This document shows positions 9,366 to 18,174 of a DNA stretch of 29,308 bases, piece by piece (the first letter of the stretch is position 1; every line of letters starts with the position of its first letter). Both the position numbers and the translations under genes were made by a program. Origin of the DNA: Alkalispirochaeta sp. (GTDB taxonomy: Bacteria > Spirochaetota > Spirochaetia > DSM-27196 > Alkalispirochaetaceae); contig CBDESZ010000019.1 in the NCBI GenBank assembly GCA_965242725.1, positions 1-29,308 on the forward strand, written 5' to 3'. The notes under the pieces are model-generated. The model had not been told where the DNA came from, searched no databases, and worked only from the letters and a program-made list of their open reading frames with translations.

Positions 9366-9480
9366 GAAGAACCTCCTTTTTGAAACCTGGCGAAAGCAGC
9401 TGTGATACGAAATTGGACAGGTGACGAGCTGACCCCATCGACGCCGACGTCGACGCCGGCGCCGCCAAAGTACGAAGCGC

Positions 9481-9526
9481 GATCCCGCGTTTCGACATCC
9501 CGATTTCCCGACATTCCGATCTCCCG
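9481..9526 (-). repeat. Imperfect 8-bp tandem repeat in the pyr leader
   Basis: Minus strand GGGAGATC GGAATGTC GGGAAATC GGGATGTC GAAACGC GGGATC. Confidence 0.6.
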
Positions 9527-9570
9527 GCCGCCGACATATGCCCGGACGTCTGCGCAGGCGCTCCGGGCAC

Positions 9571-9601
9571 AAAAAAAAGGCGCCGCAACTGCGACGCCTT
9601 T
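9571..9601 (-). terminator. Intrinsic terminator / attenuator in the pyr operon leader
   Basis: Minus strand AAGGCGTCGC-AGTT-GCGGCGCCTT (10-bp stem, one G-U) running into T8, between the promoter (~9717) and the pyrB start (9365). Confidence 0.85.
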
Positions 9602-9618
9602 CAAAAAAAGCACATCCA

Positions 9619-9684
9619 TCATCCGCCCATCGGCGGAATCACCGGGAAACGGGAACAGCTCCCATCGTCTGTGCCGATACGCAT
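9619..9684 (-). other. Candidate pyr leader peptide ORF (MRIGTDDGSCSRFPVIPPMGG, 21 aa)
   Basis: ATG at 9684 preceded by GGGGATAGAAC. TGA at 9621-9619 lies ~10 nt before the T7 tract and ~18 nt before the terminator stem. Confidence 0.4.
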
Positions 9685-9716
9685 GTTCTATCCCCGGTAT
9701 AAACATAAATTGCGGC

Positions 9717-9746
9717 ACCCTACTCGCTTTCCGCAATCGGTGTCAA
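9717..9746 (-). promoter_or_regulatory. sigma70-type promoter of the pyr operon
   Basis: TTGACA (9746-9741), 18 nt, TAGGGT (9722-9717), then GCCGC-AATTT. Confidence 0.65.
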
Positions 9747-9838
9747 GGGCCGGGCAGAAAAAAATCGCCCCCGCCCTACTCCCACGCCTCGCCCACCCCC
9801 ACTATCCCAACACGCCATTTCCGGTATAGCCTCCGGCG

Positions 9839-11668
<1,830 letters not shown>

Positions 11669-11743
11669 CGGATCCGTCCGCAAATCGCAGCCGGGAGCTC
11701 CCGCCCCGGTGCCCCCTCCATCTTTTCCTGTTTTATGAAGATC

Positions 11744-11798
11744 GAACGCCGGGCGTCACCGGGGCGTCCACGCACCCGTGGCGCCCTACCCGCTCCGG
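11744..11798 (+). repeat. 55-bp direct repeat, copy 1 (downstream of the ABC operon)
   Basis: GAACGCCGGGCGTCACCGGGGCGTCCACGCACCCGTGGCGCCCTACCCGCTCCGG; 44/55 ungapped identity with 15865-15919. Confidence 0.85.
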
Positions 11799-11834
11799 GG
11801 GAGCGACGTGGTCCGGCTCCGCCCCACCCGCCCG

Positions 11835-12923
11835 TCAGCGCGGATAGACCCGGCAGTACTCCGGCCGCAGGTGGATCGCCACCTCGTCATCCATGTGAAA
11901 GAGCGTCACCGAATCGCCGGTGTTGGGGTGAATGACGGTGAGAAACTGCCCGTCAAACTCCACCTTGTACTCCGTCACGGCGCCGACAAAAGAGTTCACG
12001 TCCACCCGGCCGGTAAGCTCTCCGGGACCGCGGGAGATCTCCAGCGCCTCCGGTTTGATCGACACATACACTTCATCGCCGGCGGAGACGCCGTCATACG
12101 CCCGCTCGGCGGCAACGACAAACTCCTTTTCCCCGATCGAAACGGTCACCGTCCCGCCGTCAACCGCGGCAACCCGGGACTCAAGAAAGTTCGCGTTCCC
12201 GATAAAATCGGCGACAAAGGGGTCCGCCGGATGGTTGTAGACATCTTCCGGCGGGCCTACCTGCATGATCTTCCCATTGTTCATGACCACGATCTTGTCG
12301 GACATGCTCAGCGCCTCCGCCTGATCGTGGGTCACGTAAATGGCGGTAATACCCAGCATGTGCTGCACCCGCTTGATCTCGGTCCTCGTCTGAATGCGCA
12401 GCTTGGCGTCCAGATTTGACAGGGGCTCGTCAAAGAGAATGATCTCCGGCTTCAGGACCAAAGCCCGTGCCAGGGCGACTCGCTGCTGCTGACCACCGGA
12501 GAGCTCTCCGGGGTAGCGTTTTTCAAGGCCCACCAGGTTGACCATTTGACTGGCCACAGCCACTTCGTTCCGGATCACCTCGCGGTCCGCCTTGCGCAGC
12601 TTCAGGCCGTAGGCGATGTTGTCAAAGATCGTCAAATGGGGAAAAAGGGCGTAGCTCTGGAAGACCATGGGCATGTTCCGCTCGAAGGGCGGAACGGCAT
12701 TGACGTTCTCTCCCTTGACCCTGATTTCTCCTCCCGTGGGCTGTTCAAAGCCGGCGATCATGCGCAGAGTCGTTGTCTTCCCGCACCCGGAAGGGCCGAG
12801 GAGCGTGACAAACTCGCCCTTGTTGATATCCAGAGATACACCATCCACCGCGCGGGTTTCACTCCCGCTGCCGTCCCGAAAGACCTTCACCAGATTATGG
12901 AGACTGAGATGCGCCGTGTTCAT
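11835..12923 (-). CDS. ABC transporter ATP-binding protein (AfuC/FbpC/PotA family) with TOBE domain
   Basis: Walker A GPSGCGKT, VFQSYALFPH, LSGGQQQR, ILFDEPLSNLDA, YVTHDQ. GAGGAGG SD. Confidence 0.95.
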   Translation of the reverse strand: MNTAHLSLHNLVKVFRDGSGSETRAVDGVSLDINKGEFVTLLGPSGCGKTTTLRMIAGFEQPTGGEIRVKGENVNAVPPFERNMPMVFQSYALFPHLTIFDNIAYGLKLRKADREVIRNEVAVASQMVNLVGLEKRYPGELSGGQQQRVALARALVLKPEIILFDEPLSNLDAKLRIQTRTEIKRVQHMLGITAIYVTHDQAEALSMSDKIVVMNNGKIMQVGPPEDVYNHPADPFVADFIGNANFLESRVAAVDGGTVTVSIGEKEFVVAAERAYDGVSAGDEVYVSIKPEALEISRGPGELTGRVDVNSFVGAVTEYKVEFDGQFLTVIHPNTGDSVTLFHMDDEVAIHLRPEYCRVYPR

Positions 12924-12987
12924 GATTATCTGATCCTCCTCGGAGTATGTGTTCCCCTGGCCGCGGCCGGGGCGCCCAACCCGCCCC

Positions 12988-14658
12988 TCATCGTGCCGCC
13001 CCCGCGCCGAAGACCTGTGATCGCTCCAGGCCGGTAAGTTTCATAATGAGAAAAATCACCGCCATGACCACCACGATGAGCGCAAAGGACATCACCGACG
13101 CCGCGCCGAGACGCAGGATTTCGGTCTGTGCCAGGATGAGGACGGTCATGTGGTTCCACCGCGCCGAGACCAGAAAGATGATGGCGCTTATCGCCGTCAT
13201 CGCCCGGACAAAGGCAAAGGTGGCACCCGCAAAAAAGGCAGGCCTGATCAACGGCAGCGTCACCGTGCGGAAAGTATAGGAACTGTTGGCTCCAAGATTG
13301 GTGGAGGACTCCTCAATCTCCGAGGAGATCTGCTTCAGCGCCGCAATACCCCCTTCCACGCCGATGGGCACGTTCCGGAAAACGTAGGCGGTAACAAGAA
13401 TAAAGGCGGTCCCGGACCAGCGGAAAGGAGGCCCGTTAAAGGCAAGAACATATCCGATACCGATCGCCGTGCCTGGTATGGCGTAGCTCAGCATCGCCAG
13501 GAGCTCCATCAGATGACGCCCGGCAAAGCGTCGTCGTACCACGAGGAAGGCGATAATCATCCCCAGAAAGGCGGTAATGGGCGTGGAAATCAGTGCAAGC
13601 ATCACCGTCCGTCCCATTGTCGTCGCCCCCACATCCCAGCTGTAGGCAAAGTGGCGGAGAGTAAAACTCCAGTCAACGCCCCAGAGCTGGACGAAGCTGC
13701 CGGCAATGATCGTCCCGTAGAGCATGATGACAAAGACGGAAATGATCGCCGCAAAGGCGGTAAACCCGACCTTTGCCGCCGTCGGAACGGGGAGCATGCT
13801 CCGACGGGCGGCCTTCCCGGTAATCGTCTGGTACGAGCGGTTCTTCATAATCCGTTTCTGGAGCATGAAAAAGAGCACCGTCGGTGTAAGAAGCAGCATC
13901 GCCAGGGCGGCGCCCCTCGGCAGATTGCCCATGCCGGTAAACTCCAGGTACGCCCGCACCGACATGACGTCAAAATCGCCACCGATAATGATGGGATTGC
14001 CGAAGTCGGTCATGGAGGTGACAAAGACGATCAGCCATGAGGCGAGGATACCCGGTACCGCCAGCGGCAGCGTCACCGTGAGAAAAGCGTGAGTCCTCCG
14101 TGCGCCCAGATTGAGTGCGCACGTCTCCAGATCGGGATCGATCCCCTTGAGAATCCCCGAGAGCGTCATATAGGCGATGGGAAACATATTCACCGTCTGG
14201 ACGAGGATCAGCCCCTTCAGGCCGTACACCGTTCCCACATCCAGGTTGAAGAGGTGCCGCGTGATCAGCCCGCTTCGTCCAAAGAGCAGAATCACCGAGA
14301 GGGCAAACATGAAGGGGGGCGAAATAATGGGCAGGATCGCCAGCGTCCTGAAGACGTTTTGTCCGGGTATACGCAACCGTTCGATTGCGTAGGCCAGGAT
14401 AAAACCGATCGTCGTCGCAAGGGACGCCACCACGATGCCAAGGACCACGCTGTTCCGTATCGCCCGGAAATAGCGGGAATGGCCGAAGAGTGATCGGTAG
14501 ACCTCCCAGGAAAAGCCGGTTTCCGTCGTGAGACTGAGGCGAAAAACGGAAAAGACGGGATAAATAATGAAGAGTCCCAGAAGCGCAAAGACGACGATAA
14601 TCGTCCCCCGCAGGCCCCACTCCCGTCCCATGATCGCGCCGCCCTGGTTTTGTGCCAT
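12988..14658 (-). CDS. ABC transporter permease with two fused TM modules (AfuB/FbpB family)
   Basis: About 12 TM segments; two EAA-type loops (LETCALNLGA, IEESSTNLGA); DFGNPIIIGG. GGAGG SD. Confidence 0.93.
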   Translation of the reverse strand: MAQNQGGAIMGREWGLRGTIIVVFALLGLFIIYPVFSVFRLSLTTETGFSWEVYRSLFGHSRYFRAIRNSVVLGIVVASLATTIGFILAYAIERLRIPGQNVFRTLAILPIISPPFMFALSVILLFGRSGLITRHLFNLDVGTVYGLKGLILVQTVNMFPIAYMTLSGILKGIDPDLETCALNLGARRTHAFLTVTLPLAVPGILASWLIVFVTSMTDFGNPIIIGGDFDVMSVRAYLEFTGMGNLPRGAALAMLLLTPTVLFFMLQKRIMKNRSYQTITGKAARRSMLPVPTAAKVGFTAFAAIISVFVIMLYGTIIAGSFVQLWGVDWSFTLRHFAYSWDVGATTMGRTVMLALISTPITAFLGMIIAFLVVRRRFAGRHLMELLAMLSYAIPGTAIGIGYVLAFNGPPFRWSGTAFILVTAYVFRNVPIGVEGGIAALKQISSEIEESSTNLGANSSYTFRTVTLPLIRPAFFAGATFAFVRAMTAISAIIFLVSARWNHMTVLILAQTEILRLGAASVMSFALIVVVMAVIFLIMKLTGLERSQVFGAGAAR

Positions 14659-14674
14659 AAATTCGACCTCCGTA

Positions 14675-14726
14675 AAAACACGGCACCGGCGCCGCCTGCG
14701 TCGGACCGCAGCGCTGCCGGTGCCGT
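14675..14726 (-). terminator. Intercistronic stem-loop after the binding-protein gene (partial terminator or mRNA stabiliser)
   Basis: ACGGCACCGGC (14680-14690) and GCCGGTGCCGT (14716-14726) form a perfect 11-bp inverted repeat, followed on the minus strand by GTTTTT just before the permease SD. Confidence 0.6.
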
Positions 14727-14741
14727 AGCGGTACCGTAGGA

Positions 14742-15758
14742 TTATTCGGTAATCGCGTCGTTGCCGATCAGTTCATTCCACTTGTTCACCAGCCGTTCCT
14801 TGTTGGCTGCCGCCCAGACATCGTCCTGGTCGATGGTGTTCACCTGTGAGATGGGTACGGCACCGTCCGCAAGGGGCACATCCACAAAGGGCACCACAAA
14901 CTTGGTTGCGTAGATCTCCGCAGCCCGTTCACCGAGGGCCCAGTCGATCAATGTCTTCGCCGCGGCCTGCTCATCGGCGGGCCCGTTGGCAATCATGGAG
15001 ACCGATGCGATCTCGTAACCCGTTCCTTCGCTTGGAAAGGAGAGCTTCAGGGGATAGCCCTCGGCGATGAGCCGTACGCCGTCGTGGGCGTAACCGATGG
15101 CAACGGTGATTTCACCGATCGCCGCATTCCGTCCCGGCGCGGACCCGGAGCGGGTGTACTGGGTGATGTTCCGGTCAAGTTCGGCCATATATTCAAATGC
15201 CGCGTCCTCGCCGAGAATCTGCACCATCGTTGCAAGCACGTTGTACGCGGTACCGGAAGAACCGGGGTTGGCCATCTGGATCTGCCCTTCAAAACCGGGA
15301 TCAAGGAGATCCTCCCAGCTCATGGGCTGCTCCAGACCGTAGCGCTCAAGCTGGTTCATGTTGCTCTCAAAAGCGAGGGGACCGGCGTAAATACCCGACC
15401 AGTACCACTCGTCGTCGCGGAACTGATCCGCCATCGCCGCCTCGGGTGACTGATAGGGCGTGGTGAGGCCCTTCTGCTTCGCTTCAATGTGACCGAGGCC
15501 GACTCCGCCGTACCAGACGCTCGCCTGGGGGTTGCTCCGCTCCGCCTCGATACGGGCAACCGCTTCTCCCGTGGAGAGGCGGACCCAGTCAACCTCAATA
15601 CCCGTATCCTCGGTAAAGGCGGCAAAGACTTCCCGCGCAAGCTCTTCGTCCAGTGTTGTGTATGCGGTAACACGCTGCGTCGTTTCCGCTTCACCCGACG
15701 CAAAGAGCGCGCCTGTGATAACCATCAAAATCATCAGTACGCCGACAATTCGTTTCAT
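14742..15758 (-). CDS. ABC substrate-binding protein, AfuA/FbpA-like (probably phosphorylated sugar or organophosphate)
   Basis: Signal peptide MKRIVGVLMILMVITGALFA; EAERSNPQASVWYGG, NPGSSGTAY, QYTRSGSAP, GYAHD, EGTGYEI. AAGGAGG SD. Confidence 0.9.
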   Translation of the reverse strand: MKRIVGVLMILMVITGALFASGEAETTQRVTAYTTLDEELAREVFAAFTEDTGIEVDWVRLSTGEAVARIEAERSNPQASVWYGGVGLGHIEAKQKGLTTPYQSPEAAMADQFRDDEWYWSGIYAGPLAFESNMNQLERYGLEQPMSWEDLLDPGFEGQIQMANPGSSGTAYNVLATMVQILGEDAAFEYMAELDRNITQYTRSGSAPGRNAAIGEITVAIGYAHDGVRLIAEGYPLKLSFPSEGTGYEIASVSMIANGPADEQAAAKTLIDWALGERAAEIYATKFVVPFVDVPLADGAVPISQVNTIDQDDVWAAANKERLVNKWNELIGNDAITE

Positions 15759-15864
15759 AAGAGTCCTCCTTCAAGGTTTGCTGTGTAAGCAGCCACCTAC
15801 AGTGTGGGGCCACCATGAGGAGTCCACAAGAAACAGTTTGGTAACACTTTTCGTTGTCTCTCTT

Positions 15865-15919
15865 GAACGCCGGGCGTCGCGAGAGCGTCTACGGACCTGT
15901 CCCGCCGCACCCGCTCCGG
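15865..15919 (+). repeat. 55-bp direct repeat, copy 2 (upstream of the ABC operon)
   Basis: GAACGCCGGGCGTCGCGAGAGCGTCTACGGACCTGTCCCGCCGCACCCGCTCCGG; matches 11744-11798. Confidence 0.85.
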
Positions 15920-15933
15920 AAGACCCGCCCCGC

Positions 15934-16422
15934 CTACAGGAGTGTCGCAAGCTCCCGTTCAAGGGCCTCCTCGCCGGCAAAGCGGCCCGGCACGGCGCCA
16001 CGCAAGGCGTGGCGACTCACCACCTTCCCGCCGGCGGCTTCAATCCGTCCGGCAAAATGGCGATGAACCTCATCGCTGCCGCCCTTGCCCGGGTCCGCCT
16101 GGAGTGTCACGAGGACAACCTCGCGGCCGGTGAGATTCGCTTTGTCGAGAAAGGCGTTCAGCGCCGGTGATCCGCTTCCCGCCCAGATGGGACTGAGGAG
16201 AAAAAGCCGTCCCGGACCTTCCGCCTCCGACCAGGGATCACCGGTCAGCTTTGATGATCGCCCCGTCTTCGCCTGAAATCCGCTTTTCACAAAGCCCAGA
16301 ATCCCCCTGCGGGATCCCTCTTCCCGCAGTTCCACAAGCCGTGCGTCTCTGGCTGCGGCCAGCCGTTGCGCCACAAAACGGGTATTCCCGCTGTTTGAAT
16401 AGAAGACCACCACATCACCCAT
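15934..16422 (-). CDS. Flavodoxin-like protein
   Basis: VVFYSNSGNTRFVA phosphate loop; LLSPIWAG...PALNAFL. GGAGG SD. Confidence 0.85.
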   Translation of the reverse strand: MGDVVVFYSNSGNTRFVAQRLAAARDARLVELREEGSRRGILGFVKSGFQAKTGRSSKLTGDPWSEAEGPGRLFLLSPIWAGSGSPALNAFLDKANLTGREVVLVTLQADPGKGGSDEVHRHFAGRIEAAGGKVVSRHALRGAVPGRFAGEEALERELATLL

Positions 16423-16475
16423 TTCCCACCTCCGTATTCACTGAAAATTCAAACGTATCGGTCGCCGTCGACCGG

Positions 16476-17228
16476 TCAATCCACCAGATACCCCCGTCCG
16501 CGACGGTTCAGGACGATCACAGGCTGCCGCGGGTTTCGTTCTATCTTCTGACGCAGGCGACGAATATTTACCTTCACCATCTCCGCACCGCCGATCCAGC
16601 TCTCGGCGTGCCACACGTGCCTGAGAATGCTCTCAACGCTTTGTGCCTTCCCCCGTTCCGCCACCAGCAGCTCCAGGATATTCCATTCCGTGGGACTGAG
16701 GAGGATTTCCTTATCTCCCCGCCAGACCCGGGCCGCCTCACGGTCCACCGTAAGATCACCCACGACTACCCGGAAGGCGGACTCTCCGGTGCGGACGGAT
16801 GCGGCGACGGAGGCTGCGATGGAATCCCCGGCGCTCCGGAATGCGCCTGCCGCCGCCGGTTCCATCACCCGCTGTTCAATGAGACGGCTTACCCGGAGGA
16901 CCAGTTCCCGGTTGTGAAAGGGTTTTCGCACATAGTCATCCGCCCCCGTTTCAAGGCCCGCCACCACCTCGTCGTCCCGGTCGTGGCTGCTCACCATGAT
17001 TACCGGAATTCCCAGCGGGCGAACCCGCCTGCAGAACTCCAGACCACTCTCGTCGGGAAGCTCCACATCCAGGATCACCACGTCGGGACGTGCCGATTCA
17101 ACGTATTTCCACGCCTCCGCGGCGGTCTCCACCGGAGCCACATTATACCCTTCCGCGGAAAAGAGGTATTCCAGAATATCCCGGACGTCGGGCTCATCTT
17201 CCACAACCAGGACCGTTGCGACATTCAT
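16476..17228 (-). CDS. OmpR/PhoB-family response regulator
   Basis: REC motifs VLVVEDE, VILDVELP, GADDYVRKPF; winged helix LSPTEWNILELL, VKVNIRRLRQKIE, RGRGY. ATGA overlap with the kinase. Confidence 0.95.
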   Translation of the reverse strand: MNVATVLVVEDEPDVRDILEYLFSAEGYNVAPVETAAEAWKYVESARPDVVILDVELPDESGLEFCRRVRPLGIPVIMVSSHDRDDEVVAGLETGADDYVRKPFHNRELVLRVSRLIEQRVMEPAAAGAFRSAGDSIAASVAASVRTGESAFRVVVGDLTVDREAARVWRGDKEILLSPTEWNILELLVAERGKAQSVESILRHVWHAESWIGGAEMVKVNIRRLRQKIERNPRQPVIVLNRRGRGYLVD

Positions 17229-18142
17229 TGGCCGCTTCCTCCGGTCATCCCCCGGTTTATGCCGGACTTTTTCAGCGTCACTGAAACGGTCGTTCCGCCG
17301 TCGGGACGACTTGCCACGTAGACGTCGCCTCCGTGGAGCGAGATGATTCGCCTGACGATGGCAAGACCGAGGCCCGTCCCTTCGCCGCTGGCGGGATCCC
17401 TGGGATTCCCCTGCACAAAATCGTCAAAGAGATCCGGTCGACGGCGCTGGGGCAGTCCGGCGCCGTTGTCTGAAACGGAAAGGACCAGGAAGTGTTCATT
17501 CTCGGTAACTCTGATATCGATGACTCCTCCGGGCCGCGTGTATTTTCCTGCGTTGTGAATGAGATTTACCAGCACCTGACCTATCCACTGCGGATCGGCA
17601 AGAGCGCGACTGACGATTGATGGAAACATGTAGTGGATCCGTTGTCCCCGCACCGACAGGACCGGCTCCATCGATTTCACGACGCCGATCACCTCCCGGC
17701 GCAGATCGACGGGACGCAGTCGCAGGGATTCGCTCCAGCTTTCTATTTTCAGGCCCGCCAGCACGTTGTCCGTCAACGCCTCAAGGCGATGGGCGTTGCC
17801 GTAAATACTCCCCACAAACTTTCGCTGTCGTTCGCTCAGCGCTTCCCGCTCCTCATCCATGAGAATGTCCACGCTGGAACGAATGACGGTGAGGGGTGTA
17901 CGCAGTTCATGCGCCAGAGTGGAGAGGAGCTGCCGCCGCCGATCGTGGCGCTCCTCCTGTTCCGTTGTATAGGCGGTAGTGCGTTGAACAAAACGCCTCA
18001 TCCACAGCGCCAGTCCTAAAAGGGCCGCCATACCGACGGCCGTCCCCGCTGCCGGTATGAAATGGGATGCGCCGGCGACGGCCCATAACAGAAGGGGTGC
18101 CGCGTATTTCGCCGCTCCGGCGATTTCCAGTCCCTCTTTCAT
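17225..18142 (-). CDS. Sensor histidine kinase (HisKA + HATPase_c) with a short two-helix N-terminus; start uncertain (GTG 18211 possible)
   Basis: H-box LAHELRTPL, N-box NLIHNAGKY, DNGAG, LFDDF, GTGLGL. Confidence 0.9.
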   Translation of the reverse strand: MKEGLEIAGAAKYAAPLLLWAVAGASHFIPAAGTAVGMAALLGLALWMRRFVQRTTAYTTEQEERHDRRRQLLSTLAHELRTPLTVIRSSVDILMDEEREALSERQRKFVGSIYGNAHRLEALTDNVLAGLKIESWSESLRLRPVDLRREVIGVVKSMEPVLSVRGQRIHYMFPSIVSRALADPQWIGQVLVNLIHNAGKYTRPGGVIDIRVTENEHFLVLSVSDNGAGLPQRRRPDLFDDFVQGNPRDPASGEGTGLGLAIVRRIISLHGGDVYVASRPDGGTTVSVTLKKSGINRGMTGGSGQ

Positions 18143-18174
18143 GGCAGCCGCGTGTACATTTCCACCGGAGCGCC

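Noticed and set aside
9150..9526. CRISPR-like array from the 39-bp and 8-bp repeats
   Set aside because: Only 2-3 in-frame coding copies or contiguous degenerate units, with no unique spacers and no cas genes.
9366..9572. 69-aa N-terminal extension of PyrB, including a poly-Arg stretch
   Set aside because: A strong AAAGGAGG SD precedes ATG 9365 and ATCase similarity begins there. The extension is translated leader repeat.
9366..9716. PyrR-binding attenuator or known riboswitch in the pyr leader
   Set aside because: No PyrR binding-loop consensus and no recognisable TPP, FMN, SAM, purine, ZTP or ykkC core by eye. An Rfam scan is still needed.
11690..11735. typA terminator
   Set aside because: The CGGGAGCTCCCG palindrome is short and separated from the T-rich tract, so it is not convincing.
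15771..15860. Riboswitch in the SBP 5' region
   Set aside because: Only weak hairpins, no known aptamer consensus and no terminator before the SD.
11744..15919. Transposon or integrative element carrying the ABC operon
   Set aside because: No transposase, integrase, tRNA target or terminal inverted repeats. Only the direct repeat is reported.
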